Numbered from the stretch's first letter, positions 12,611-25,653 are shown. The stretch: 64,000 bases of DNA from Azolla caroliniana (GCA_043228905.1 JBHGNT010000008.1:16864001-16928000), one strand, 5' to 3'. Program-made: numbers and translations. Notes: a model not told the origin generated them from the letters alone.

Positions 12611-14646
12611 CCCTCAGCTATCGTCGCCGAGGGTCTCGCGGTTCCTCTCATGGTTCGGCCTTACTATCAGGAATTGGACGGAGTGTCGTCCATCTTGGCT
12701 TCTTACGCGCGCGTATGCCGACCCATTATCAAGCACCTTTGTTTCCATGTGTGCCACCGTAATGTACGTCTCCTGCACGAAGAAATGTTGATCTACCTCG
12801 ACATCCCCAATCCTCACGCGTACATTCGGTCACGCCCCATGCAACTCCTCTGTAGCGCGTGTTGCCGCGCGTATCTTCCAACCGTGCCTGGTGTTGATTG
12901 GCCACTTCCCTTTCCTGTAGAAGTCCATGGACATAAGGTTTATCTCCGAACCAAGGTCTATCAATGCAACCACTGACTCCTGCACGTCCCTGATCCGGAC
13001 AGGGGTTTCCGTGCTGGCCATGGCCCAATGTGACCTTGAGTAGTGGCTATCTGCCAACTCGTCTTCTAGGGCCGCATCCTCCAAGTGCACCGTCCGCACC
13101 TCCACCTGCTTCTCCGGTTCTGGCTCTGTAGAGAGCTGCTTGCGCTTCACTAATTCTACAATGGAATCGTGGAATTCCTTCTTCGCGATCCCAAGCACTT
13201 CCCGCAAAGATAGCTTGACCTTGCTGTTGAGGATCTGTTCTTCTAAACCTTCCGCAGGTCCGTTGTCCTTTCAATCTTGGTGCTTAGCCGATAACCGGCC
13301 CGCTTCGTTTTGTTCGGTGCGCCGGGGTTATCGGCATCGTTTTGCTTTTGCCCGAATCGGGTCTCGTACCGCTGTGAGGGCTCGGCACCTCCGGCCATTC
13401 CCGCGCGCTTGTCTTCTACCAGAACCTCATAGTTCTGGCACACGGCTTCCACGAGACTGGTCTTCTCCTCAACCGGATCGTCCCATCCGGTGACCTCCCG
13501 GACCCGTTGCTCTGCGCGACTCACTTCCTCCCACTTCAATCGTGCGCCGAAGAGGCCTTCTAGCACCGAGGGCCAAAAGCTAGCGTCCTTCGTTTTCCAG
13601 TCTTCATCACCTCCCACCCAATTTTCGACCGATGCTGAATAATGGACGGCCTCCACATGGCGCGCCTCCGCTTCTTCCATTAGCCGCTTCATCCCGCCAC
13701 GCCCGAAATTCGTCTCCACCTCTCTTTGAGTATCACCAACGTGCACCCATCCGTTCCATAAGTACACCACATTACCCTTGAGGGCTTTGGCAAACTCCAC
13801 GCAGTCACGCCGGCTGTGTACGACCACGTCGCACCACATACACCGTTGTCTAGCCAGTGGCCTTCGGTTGCGTGGCTTCCCTCCACCGTCTCTCCGGGCC
13901 TGCGTGATCTGTAGGTCGCGCACCATTTGTGTCAGCTCCTCAAGAGCCGCTCCCTTGGATGGGCCCTTGACCGCTCCGATCGATGCTGAGCCAGTTTCAA
14001 GCCAATCCCGGGTTTCCTCCTTCCGCGTCGGCGAAGGCTCGTCGAACTTCCTTGCCGGGGTGGGTCCCATCGCCGACAACTTCTCGTCGCTCCACTCTTG
14101 CTGTTTGTCGAAGCGGCTGTTGACCCCCTTAACCATGGCCCAATCGGTCGTTAGCCCATCATCTGTCTCCAGCAGGAGACCCACTTGCCCCCTATCCTGC
14201 ACGTCCACTGATTTGACAAACAACAGGACATGACTTGTGTCTAGCACGGTCTTGTCCAGCGTTGACAGCCGGGCGAAGCGTTCTTCGAACTCTTGTAGGA
14301 GCGCCGACACATTCCTCCCCTTTCCGGGGGTTTCCACCCACTCCATGAAGTCCCGCTTCGATAACCGAAGTGCGTCATCAAGCCCGTTCCTTTCGAGGAG
14401 CCGTGCTTCGAATTCTCCCCAGGTCCGGCATCCAACCTGTACCTCAAGTACCTCTGTGTGGATGCCCTATATCGCCACTCGAGGGAACCCGACTAGACGC
14501 CTATCCTCCGCAATGTCTCTCATCACCATCTCGGCTCGTTGGGCCACCAAATAGCTCGTGGCGTCCTTCCCACCGAATCGGCCTATCATGCCGACAATTG
14601 CTTCAATGGCCCTGTTGAGGGCACTCGCGCCCTCGCGAGCACTTAC
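12611..14646 (-). pseudogene. gag: G2 Gag-protease ORF1, disrupted; N-terminus at 20340-20395 beyond the C1 insertion
   Basis: Zn-knuckle-like CMWCDVVVHSRRDC, protease ALIDLGSEINLM; reading joins across TSD CTTAC (..DRIVS|AREGASAL..). Confidence 0.87.
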
Positions 14647-15130
14647 TGACGAGAACTGCACGCTCCCTATACACAACGCTCGGCCACAACCGAGCTTAGA
14701 ATCATACACAGAAAACGGGAAATAAAGCACGACACGAAGAAGAGAAGAGTACACAGGATGTTTATGTGGAAAACCCAAACTAAGGGAAAAAACCATGGCA
14801 GCCCACAGGCTGCAAACTATCACTATGTTAGAATGTACAACAGTGAGTTCACGGAGGCAACGACCTTGTGGTCATGATCTTCGCCACAGGCGGCGGTTAC
14901 AACAGAGGCAACGACCTCTTTCTCTCTATCTCTCTCTCTGTACACAGTTACACGCTCTCTCTCTCCTTGCACCAACAAGAATAACAACTACAACAACATA
15001 AGAACATCACACTATAAGTTTGCCCTAAGTCATATTTATACTAATATGACTTTTTGGCTATTTACAAATATAGCCTTGATGGACTCTCAGAAACATATTT
15101 ACGAATATGTCTCTTCATCCGGTGAGCACT

Positions 15131-15400
15131 CCTCACCGGGTCTGCACCATCCGGCTCTCCGTAGCTGGGTACTCCTCATCCGGTTCTCACCGGGTCTGCA
15201 CCATCCGGCTCTCTGTAGCCGGGTACTCCTCATCCGGTTTTCACCGGGTCTGCACCATCCGGCTCTCCGAAACCGGGTACTCCTCATCCGGTTTTCACCG
15301 GGTCTGCACCATCCGGCTCTCCGTAGCCGGGTACTCCTCATCCGGTTCTCACCGGGTCTACACCATCCGGCTCTCCGTAGCTGGGTACTCGTCATACGGT
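15131..15400. repeat. 54-bp tandem repeat x5 in C1 LTR U3 (also about 20021-20290)
   Basis: Unit ctcaccgggtctgcaccatccggctctccgtagccgggtactcctcatccggtt. Confidence 0.92.
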
Positions 15401-15460
15401 TTCGGCACTGTTCTTCTCCCTTCCCATCCGGAGGGACCTGTCTCCCAACAAACTCCCCCT

Positions 15461-18400
15461 TCACTCCGGCATGGGGTGTCTTACTAGTCCGATCCTCTTC
15501 CGGCATGCATCCAGCTTGTCGGGTATCAGCACTTTGGTCAGCGTATCTGACCCGTTCTCGGCCGTGTGGATCTTCATCAGTGCGAACTCCTGGTAATCTA
15601 CTCTTTCCTGGATCCAGTGATATCTTCGCTGGATATGCTTCGTCCGGGAATGGTAGGCCGCATTCTTAGCAAGATGGATGGCACTTTGACTGTCGCAATA
15701 GAGTCAGTATTCATCTTGCCGGATACTGAGCTCTCCGATGAAGTCCTTCATCCATAATATTTCCTTGCCGGCTTCCACAACCGCCATGTACTCCGCCTCT
15801 GTGGTTGACAATGCAACCGTCTTCTGCAGCCTCGATTGCCACGAAACAGCTCCCCCTGCATATGTCATTACATACCCGGATGTCGACCGGCTGGTATCCA
15901 CATCAGCCGACATGTCCGAATCGGTGAAACCGTCAAGTTGAGGTTTTCCGGAGCCGAATCAGAGACACATATTTGAAGTGCCCTTCAAGTACCAAAGTAT
16001 CCATTTGACCGCGTTCCAGTGCTCCTTGCCGAGATTGCTCATAAACCGGCTCACCACTCCGACTGCGTATCCTATATCCGGTCGGGTACACACCATTGCG
16101 TACATCAAGATCCCGACGGCAGAGGCATATGGAATCTTCATCATATCCGCCTTCTCTGCTTTCGTCTTCGGGCTTTGCTTACCGGATAGCCTGCAGTTTG
16201 CCGGAAGTGTCGATCCGACCGGTTTCGCATCTGACATGTTGAACCGGTGAAGCACCTTTGTTACGTACTTCTCTTGTGACATCCACAATTGCTTCACTGA
16301 CCGGTTCCAGATAATATGCATCCCCAACATCTGTCTTGCCGGACCCAAGTCTTTCATTGAGAAGGTCCGGTTGAGAGCCTTCTTCAGCATCCGTATTTTG
16401 ACTTGGTCCCATCCGACGATCAACATGTCATCCATGTACAGAATGAGTATCAGGAAGTTGTCTCCTTCGAACTTCTTCATAAACACGCAGTGATCGGCCT
16501 GCGTCTTGTGGTACCCTTGATCGGTCATGAAGGAGTCGAACTTCCGGTACCATTGCCGGGGGGCCTGCTTCAACCCGTAGAGGTTCTTCTTCAACCGGCA
16601 TACAAGGTGCTCCTTCCCTTTCTCCACGAATCCTTCCGGTTGCTGCATGTAGATCTCCTCTTCGAGGTCGTCATGAAGGAATGCCGTCTTCATGTCCAGC
16701 TGCTCTACCTCGAGGTCCATGCTCGCCGCTATACTCAACACCGTCCGGATGGAGGTCATCTTTACTACCAGGGCAAATATCTCGTCGAAGTCCACGCCCT
16801 TCTTCTGCTGGAACCCCTTCACCACGATCCTGGCTTTGTATCTCGGGGGGTTGCCGGCATCTCCCGGTTTCAACTTGTACACCCACTTGTTTCGGAGTGC
16901 CCGCTTTCCTTTCGGAAACTCCACCAATTCGTACGTATGGTTCTCATGCAGGGAATCCATCTCATCCTGCATGGCACTTAACCATTTGCGGCTGTGGGTG
17001 TCATCCTTCGCTTCTTCGAAGATTTCCGGCTCCCCCTCATCGGTCAGCAGAACATCCTCTGCATCCGGAAATCTCAGGGGCGCCCTTCTCTCTCTGAGAG
17101 GATATCTCCGTCTTCGGGCTTCGGTAACCGGCTCCTCCATTTGCTCTTCATCCGAATCCGATTCGGGGTCTTGGCCGGTTCCGGTTTCAGCTTCCTCTAC
17201 TTCTTCTTCTGCCTGTTCGGTATCCTCACCGTAACCGGCTGGTCCCTTGAGTGCTAACCGGTCTCTTGCCGGTTGGGTCTGCTCATCGTAGAGTCGATCC
17301 TTACCGGTCGACTCGGAGTTCATTATCTTCTTCTCCGACTCTCAGTCGGCGAGCGTCTTGTCCTCCATGAAGATAATATCTCGACTCCGGAATACCTTCT
17401 TGTCGACCAGGTCCCACACTCGGTATCCGAACTCATCGTCACCGTAACCGAGGAATATGCATGGCCGGGTCTTTGGATCTAACTTTCCTCTCCGGTCCTT
17501 AGCTACATGCACGTACGCGAGACACCCGAACACCTTCAGATGCCGGTAGGATACTTCCTTACCGGTCCACACTCTCTGTGGCGTGTCTCCGTCCAAGGGT
17601 ACTGAGGGTGATCTATTTATCACATATGTCGTTGTCGACAATGCCTCAGCCCAAAACTTCTTGGGTAGTTTTGCATGCGCTAGCATACTCCGGACCCTCT
17701 CCATTATGGTCCGGTTCATCCTCTCGGCTAGTCCGTTTAGTTCCGGCGTCTTCGGCACGGTAAATTCGAGCCGGATTCCCTTCGAGCGGTAGTACTCCTC
17801 GAACTGCCCCCGGTATTCTCCTCCATTATCTGCTCAAACCGCCTTCAGCTTCCGGCCGGTTTCTCTTTCCACTCTCGAGTAGAGCTCTTTGAAGACGGAT
17901 AGCACCTGATTCTTCGTCTTCAACGGTGTGGCCCACAACTTCCGGCTGTGGTCATCTATGAATGTCACGAAGTACTGCGCTCCGGCATGTGACTTCGTGT
18001 CTACTTGACACACATCCGTATGTACCAACTCCAGTGGTGCATTACGTCTCATCGGTGGCCTTGGTTGGAAGGAGGTCCGGTTTTGCTTACCGGCCAGACA
18101 ATCAGTGCACTTCTCCAAGTGCACGTTCTTCACTGGAATGAGGTTGTCGTCTGCAAGCCTCTTCATCCCCTTCTCGCTCATATGACACAGCCTCTTGTGC
18201 CACAGCTTACCGGCAGTGTCGGATGCCACGTTCACTTCTTCTGGACATAACCGGGCATTCATCAGGTACAATGTGTTGACCTTCCGGGCCCGAGCCACAA
18301 TCAGGCTCCCTTTGCTGAACTTCATGACACCGTTCCGGATGCTACCCGTGTAGCCTTCATCATCTAGCCGACCGGCTGATATCAGGTTCAGACGAACCTC

Positions 18401-19508
18401 CGGAACGTGTCGGACATCCTTCAGCAGCAACTTGCATCCGGTTGGTGTTGTCAACCACACGTCTCCTATGCCGACAATTTGGCATGTACCTTCATTCCCC
18501 ATCCGGACACAGCTGTGATCACCGACTGAGTAGAATGAGAAGCATTTCTGGTCCGGGGTAAGGTGGAACGATGCTCCGGAGTCTACCACCCAGGTCATCT
18601 CGTCGCCGGCAAGGTTTATCTCACTCTCTTCGGTGATGAGCATCAACTCTTCTTCACTTGCCGCGATTGCCGTCGTTCCCTTCTGGTCCCCGCCCCCTCC
18701 GGTCTTTACCGTTCTGGTCCGGGGTCCGCTTCGAATCGGTACCGTCGGTTTCCTTGTCTTTTTGGAAATGCCGATAGTTCTTTTGGAAGTGTCCCGGCTT
18801 GCCGCAATAGAAGCAAGCAGGCCTTCCCCTTGACTTTGACCGTGTCCCCGACTTCTCCCGGTTCTGGGGACTACGGTTTCTATGTCTTCCGTGTTCCGAT
18901 TCGGTAAGGAGCGCTTTGGAGTTGGAGCTCGTATCTTTATCTTTCCGACGCGCTTCCTCATCTAGCAAGCTTGACTTTACTCTTGCTAGGGATAATCGTT
19001 TTCCTTCCGGCCCGGCGTTGCCCAAGGTGACAACCAACGTCTCCCACCTATCCGGGAGGGAACCGAGCAAGAGTAGCGCTAGTACCTCATCGGCGAGAGG
19101 TACTTCCAATGAAGTTGCCTGGTGGATCAGCCCCTGGAAGGCATTCATGTGCTCCGCCATGCTGGAGCCATCTTGGTACCAGAGTCTTACTAGCTTCCGG
19201 GATACCGAAACCTGATTAACAACATTTTTGTTTTGAAACATAATGCCGATCTTCTCCCAGAGCTCATGAGCCTTGCTCTCTTCATTGAAGTTGTTGTATA
19301 GGCTCATGTTGATGAAGCACCGTATGTACGCCGTTGTCTTCATGTGCATCACCTCCCATATCGTGGCATCGATTTTGTCCGGTCTCTTGTCCCCAAACTG
19401 AACCGACAACCAAAGATCTTTAACCACGAGTATATCCCTCATCTTCGACTTCCACACTGAATAGTTGGAGCTGGTGAGCTTGAACATGCCACCCAACGAT
19501 TCGTCCAT
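15461..19508 (-). pseudogene. C1 gag-pol with stops and frameshifts
   Basis: CFYCGKPGH, VDSGAS, HTDVC..FIDD, YMDDML, RNase H TDSD/STTEAEY. Confidence 0.93.
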
Positions 19509-20417
19509 TTTCTGTGTCGTTTTGCCTTGATACCACTTGACGGGAACTGCACGCTCCCTATACGCAACGCTCGGCCACAACCGAGCTTAGAATCATACAC
19601 AGAAAATGGGAAATAAAGCACGACACGAAGAAGAGAAGAGTACATAGGATATTTATGTGGAAAACCCAAATTAAGGGAAAAAACCACAGCAGCCCACGGG
19701 CTGCAAACTATCACTATGTTAGAATGTACAACAGTGAGTTCACGGAGGCAACGACCTCATGGTCACGATCTTCGCCATAGGCGGCGGTTACAACAGAGGC
19801 AACGACCTCTTTCTATCTCTCTCTCTCTGTACACAGTTACACGCTCTCTCTCTCCTTGCACCAACAAGAATAACAACTACAACAACATAAGAACATCACA
19901 CTATAAGTTTGCCCTAAGTCATATTTATACTAATATGACTTTTCGGCTATTTACAAATATAGCCTTGATGGACTCTCAGAAACATATTTACGAATATGTC
20001 TCTTCATCCGGTGAGCACTCCTCACCGGGTCTGCACCATCCGGCTCTCCGTAGCTGGGTATTCCTCATCCGGTTCTCACCGGGTCTGCACCATCCGGCTC
20101 TCCGTAGCCCGGTACTCCTCATCCGGTTTTCACCGGGTCTGCACCATCCGGCTCTCCGAAACCGGGTACTCCTCATCCGGTTCTCACCGGGTCTGCACCA
20201 TCCGGCTCTCCGTAGCCGGGTACTCCTCATCCGGTTCTCACCGGGTCTGCACCATCCGGCTCTCCGTAGCCGGGTACTCGTCATACGGTTTCGGCACTGT
20301 TCTTCTCCCTTCCCATCCGGAGGGACCTGTCTCCCAACACTTACTATCCGATCGACCGCCGCTGCCATGGCTTCAGCGAGCTCTGATCCCCTCATCTTCG
20401 ACTCCTCTGCCGCCCGT

Positions 20418-20435
20418 TTCACGTCGGGTTCACCA
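20418..20435 (-). promoter_or_regulatory. Primer-binding site for tRNA-Trp (G2)
   Basis: ttcacgtcgggttcacca directly inside the 5' LTR. Confidence 0.85.
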
Positions 20436-20439
20436 AATA

Positions 20440-21116
20440 TGTCGTGTTGTTACGCTTTAACGTGTGAAATAGGCGGGACCACGGGGGCCCTGAACTGAGG
20501 AGCGAGAGAGACAAGAGGGGGTGAGAAGCATGCAAGTGTAAGGCTTGCTAGACTTGTCAACAACTGGCGACACTTACCCGTTGATTGAACCACCAATGTG
20601 TATACCGACTGAATCAAGGAGCACACTCGGGAGAAGTGAAAGAGGACACTCTCGGAAACACAGATAACACAGATAACACAGATAACATAGATAACACAGA
20701 TAACACTGACAACACAGATAACACAGATAACACAGAAACAAGAGATTCAATTACAATAACCGTGACAATTACAACGATGGCAACCCTGCAGAGAATGATG
20801 GTAGAGGAAGAGAGAGCTTGGTTCCCAGTCCGACGACACCTCCTTCTTTTCCCAAAACGTGATACCCACTTCTTCTTCTCCCCTCCCTCTTATATGTCAC
20901 TGAGGAGGCCGTTACATCCCAAACACATTAACTTTATTCTCTGTCCCTTCGGACAGAGATACACATCGATTTTCCTAATTAACAAATATCTCATACCTAG
21001 TATATTTACATCAGCCGTCCTATTCCTAGTTATATACAATGTATCAATTCATGCACACCCGTGGGTTCATGCCTTTAACTCCTTGATTCCTGTTAGGGCC
21101 AGTTTTCTTCACGACA
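20440..21116 (-). repeat. G2 5' LTR with expanded 9-bp ACACAGATA array
   Basis: Direct repeat of 2602-3232; about 7 copies of the 9-mer against about 2-3 in the other LTR. Confidence 0.92.
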
Positions 21117-21238
21117 GCGTACTTAGGAAGCAGTTGAGAATGTGGTAAATGCTTGAGCTCTTGTTGAGGACTTTCATCGACGATATCCCGACAAACCAGG
21201 TCCTCCATCTAAGACGACTCGTAACACTCATCGTCTTA
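21117..21238 (+). pseudogene. G1 chromodomain, second half
   Basis: Continues after the TSD: (E)RT*EAVENVVNA*ALVEDFHRRYPDKP. Confidence 0.85.
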
Positions 21239-21592
21239 AGGGGAGGGGGGGGCGGGGGGGGGGGGGGGGGGGGGCAAGTGTCATGATATAGCATGGTATG
21301 GCTTCAAAAGGATTTGAACCCATGACCTTGTGGCACATGGGTGGAAGCCGTAATTAAGCTATAAGTTGTAATACGAAAAATGTTATTTCCATTTATTATT
21401 TCACTTAGGAAATCCATGTATATTCTAGATTTCTCTAGAACATTCTAAAAATGTCAAGTGAATTCCTAAAGCCACTATAAAAAGAGGCACATGGCATTAT
21501 CAAGAACCAAATCGGTTCAACGCCAGTCTTAAGCCTCCTAGTTGTTCTTGTATCTTTCTTCTTATAATATAATATACTTCTTGTTGTCATCA
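21239..21592 (+). repeat. G1 poly-G PPT (21239-21274) and 3' LTR from 21279; right end uncertain
   Basis: G-run followed by TGTCATG; no partner LTR in the window. Confidence 0.6.
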
Positions 21593-21634
21593 TTATTTGT
21601 CTTTGTCTCTGTCTTTGTCTTTGTCTTTGTCTCT

Positions 21635-24500
21635 GTATTTCCGTTTGGAGGCAAAATTGAAGGATCCTACATCTTTTCAAGCTCTTATCCAAGTTTGTGA
21701 AGGTTATGATCGGCAAGTGAAGATGATGAGTTCGATGGGGGACCCCGAAATGATGGTTTTGGGTGCAAACTTGATGCCTCATGCCAAATTTCAGGCCTCA
21801 TCTTCAATTGTGCATAGTGGACAAGTGTTTCCAAATGTGTATACTACCACAACAATAAACCCAACAAGTGTATCTCAAGAAGTGGAGAAAGTAAAGAGTG
21901 AACAAGGTACAATGGCCTTGGTGAATTAGCGCTTTGATGAAGTGATGGCCCACTTGTGACAATCCCAAGAAATTCACAACACCATTCCTGATGGTGGTGG
22001 CTATAAAGGGCATCAAGGTTTAATTTGTTATTTTTGTCAAGATGAGGGACACATCTCAACAAGATGTCCTAATTGTCTACAAAGAGGTTTGGGAAGAGGC
22101 ATGTACTAAGTGCAAAGGAATGGGCAACGACCTATCAACAATGGAGTTGACGAAGGCGAAGCCATAACACTTCCTATGGCTCAGGTTCCCACAATTCCTC
22201 ATAATGTGAATCTTCTTAATTTTATTGATGATAGTGATAATGCTTGTGAAGTAGTTCCTGTGAAAAGGACAAGAGCCTCACAAAAGGAGAAAGAAGTAGA
22301 AGGAGAATCTAGTGCATCAAGACAAAAGAAGAAGTCTAAGGAGAATGAGAAAGAGGAGAAATTGAGAAGGAGACACTCTAGAAGGAAGATAAAGATGGAG
22401 GATATTCCTACGGGAGAAGGTGTAGAAGCTTTCAATATGAAGCATGAATTGATATCAAGTGGACCAAGGATAACATGGCCGCAACTTCTCCAATTATCTC
22501 CCACATTACGAAAGGAGTGGGGACGGCTTGTAAGTATCCGCCAAAGTCGGAAGACCATGCATTACATGGGGATTGTGCAAGTAGAATATCGAAAGGACAT
22601 ATGTCTAACCATCCCCGTCTTCATCAAGGGGTTTCACATCAAAGATACCTTGATAGATAGTGGTGCAAGGGTAAGCTTGATTTCTGAATTGGTGGTAAAC
22701 AAAGTAGGAATTCCTATTAGTAGGTCATCTTCAGCAAGGGTGGTTGTAGCCGATGATGGAGTGTTTCATTGCATTGACATAATGGAGGATGTGGTCATCA
22801 AGTGTTTTGGAGTAAGCATTTCGATTGATCTTCACATAATAATCCTTAAAGGGCCATCTTATTCCTTAGTATTAGTAAGGCCTTGGATGTGAAAATTACA
22901 AGTAATATCAGATTGGAGTACTATGAACTTATCACCATCGAAGGGGGTTAACATCTTCTACAACTTGTATCTACAACTAGTAATCAAATGTATAAAGCAG
23001 AAGGAATCATCTATCGACAATAGCAAACAAGAGGAAAACATAGCAAGTGATGAATTTTCCTAGGATAGGGAAAAGAAATTGTACGTGGTGTTTAAGGATG
23101 AAGGAGAAGTCATTGAAGAAGGTATTATCACCTTAACGGGGAAAAAGAAGATGATTTCAAACAACATCCAAGGCGAAGAGGATCTAAGGTTTATTTCTCT
23201 TCTTTCTATTAAGTTTCCAAAGTTATTCATAGATGATTATTCACGGATAAGAGGAGAAGGCATCGAGCACCACATCAAGTTGAAGGGAAGTGTACCAATT
23301 GCTCAAAAGCTTTGGCAATTGGGTGTTACACAAAAGGAAGATCTTATACAAAATTTCAAAACATTGTTGGAAGAAAGTTTGAATTATAAAATGGAGGATT
23401 TGAAGTGTGTGTCACCTATGGTTTTGGTTCCAAAGAAGAATGAGTTCGATTTTAAACACTTGAATGGTTCAGCCAAATGAGATCAATTTTCACTTCCTTT
23501 CCGAGATGAGATTTTAGATGAGATAGTTGTTTATACAAGACAAGGTAGTGTGGAGAATGTTGTGTGCCATGAAGGAATTCATGTGGATGAATCAAAGATC
23601 AAAGTAATTCAAAATCTGACAATTCCAACAAGTCTCAAAGCTTTGAAGGTATTTGTGCAAAAGGTTCGCTCGTTTGAAGGGTTTATTCATATGTTGAGAT
23701 GCTTACTTCTCTCAAGAGTTATGTATCACATGGCCTTGTGTTTGGAGAGTTGACGAATGCATAATAATTGTGGTAACCTCTTTCTTTGTGTTGACAAAGA
23801 GAAAGATGGTGATGACAATTGTCAATGTGTGTGTGTGTCTAGAAGTGTGAGATTTTTTTCCTACTGCGTAATGGGGGTTTTTTCTCACACAATAATTTGA
23901 TATATTACTAGTATAAATTTATACTCCTTTGTCTATAACCTACCATAAGGCGAAGGAGTTTTTTTATCTTTTTTTTTATCTTAGGCTCACCATAAATGGA
24001 TTGCTCAACAAACATGGGGGAGGGCTAAATGTGAAAGTGTTTTTAGAATTCAAGATATTGAACACTAGAAGAATATAAGTTATGGAGCATTCACATTTGG
24101 AAGGCAAGAACACAAACCAAGATCTTAAGGAGAAGTCAAACTAAAAGCAGGAGACATGAAGAAAAGTAAAAGGATAAAAAGCGGGCAACCTAAAAATAGT
24201 ATAAAAATAACGGTCATAACTCATTCTTTTGAAACCCAAATATCATGTTTAAATATGTGTTGGAAAGCTCGTGAAGAGAGCTATCTTTAGAATTTTACAT
24301 CTCTAAATTTGGAGCTATGATGAGGGAGATATGACGTTGAGAAGGTCATTATGTTATAACTAAAAATAAGAGATAAAAAACTTCTAAAAACAACGTGAAA
24401 AAGAGAGGAAGGAGGAAGAATAAGAAGGTGATAAGAAGTGACAAGAGGCTTGATTGAAGAAGGAAGGAGAGAAAGTTGGAAGAGGTGAGAACAAGAATAG
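21635..24500 (+). mobile_element. G5: highly degenerate, internally deleted Ty3/gypsy relic (gag, protease, RT scraps, PPT, partial LTR from 24030)
   Basis: CYFCQDEGHISTRC knuckle, LIDSGA, VSPMVLVPKKN, EGIHVDESKI; PPT gggggagggc before TGTG. Confidence 0.7.
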
Positions 24501-25653
24501 TTCAGTAAAAGCTGGAAATCCAATGATGACTCCTTTCGACTGCATTCCTTTGAGCTTTTGGAGATTGATGTGGCCGATTCGGCGGTGTCGGCTTTACGGC
24601 CCTTGGCATACATTGTCGATTTCATCTCATAAGAGTCAAGGATGAATATTCGACCTTCTCTTCGATCACGAATGATAATTCGGCCTTCCTTTTCGATGAA
24701 GTATCCTCCATCGTTGAACTGGACTTGCATGCCTTGTTTCATGATTTGGCCGACCGAGATCAGATTCTTCGTTATTGTTGGAACATGCAAGAAATTTTTG
24801 ATGTAGGTCTGATTGCCCTGTTCGTTGAATGGGACATTGTTGACATGCTGAATGGGGCATTGCCAACATAGTCAGGTTGATTGGGTTTTCGGAGTTCTCG
24901 AAACCAATCTACATGAGACGTCATGTGATTTGACGCACCCGAATTGACAAACCATACATCTTCGGAAGTGGAGGTGTTGGTCGAACACGATTCCTTCATC
25001 GAATTTGCTCTATGCCACATCATGAACATTCCTCCATGATCGTCGAAGTCAAAATTTGAGGCGTAATTTGTGAGTTGTTAGCTCGTGAATGTTGTCTCAC
25101 TTTTCTTTTTCCGACACTCTGCCTTGTAGTGGTCAAATTTGCCACAATATTCACAATGGACAGAGTTATTCTGTTGGCTGGGTCTATCATGATTGGTCCC
25201 CCTTCTACCCGAGGATCCTCCTCACATGTTCGTGACATCTTGTCGATAATAGAAGTTGTGCTCATGGGACTACCCTTGGTTGTGTCGGCCTTGCTCGAAT
25301 CGGCCTCTTCTGCCACCACCTTGTCCTCTTCCTCCATCCGAGTTCGAATAGAGCATGTGGGCCTCGTGCACATTGATCCTTGTTCGGACGTGGTTTTCTT
25401 TGACCAGTAACATTGATTGGAGATCAAAGGAGGGAGGTTTCTCTCTTGCGAGAACAATCGACCTTATTGTGCCAAACCAAGGTGCCAAGCCTACGAGACA
25501 TACCTGCACCATTTCATTGTCGTCAATGCTGACATTGGTCGACCCAAGGGCATCACACAACTCCTTGATCGTCAAGGTGTAAATGCTAATTGACATGTCC
25601 CTTCGTTGAATACTGTTCAACTCCTGACGGAGTTGAAGCTTGTGAGTTGCCAT
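24500..25653 (-). pseudogene. Ty1/copia fragment (gag, protease, pre-integrase region)
   Basis: KLQLRQELNSIQ, WFVNSGASNHMT, HVPTITKNLISVGQ, RIGHINLQKL; cut by the G4 LTR. Confidence 0.85.

Larger units (their letters stand above)
14647..20339 (-). mobile_element. C1: Ty1/copia element (Tnt1/Tork-like), full length, degenerate
   Basis: LTRs 14647-15450 and 19538-20339; 5-bp TSD CTTAC; iMet PBS 19525-19535; PPT 15451-15460. Confidence 0.95.
2602..21116 (-). mobile_element. G2: full-length tRNA-Trp-primed non-chromovirus Ty3/gypsy element (Phygy-like), degenerate, with nested insertions
   Basis: Paired LTRs 2602-3232 and 20440-21116 (TGTCGTG...CACGACA), 4-bp TSD GCGT (2598-2601 / 21117-21120), PBS next to right LTR, PPT next to left LTR, gag-PR-RT-RH-INT order on minus strand. 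Confidence 0.93.

Noticed and set aside
15131-15400. CRISPR-like appearance of palindromic repeats in LTRs (also 32146-32290, 62215-62385)
   Set aside because: Units are head-to-tail without unique spacers, lie in LTR U3 regions, and no cas genes are present.
15046-15669. ORFs with SPGLHHPALR repeats (also 19716-20498)
   Set aside because: Translations of a 54-bp LTR repeat, open in several frames on both strands because the unit is a stop-free multiple of three.
20585-21148. 187-aa ORF with NTD repeats
   Set aside because: Lies wholly in the G2 LTR, derives from a 9-bp minisatellite and is interrupted in the sister LTR.
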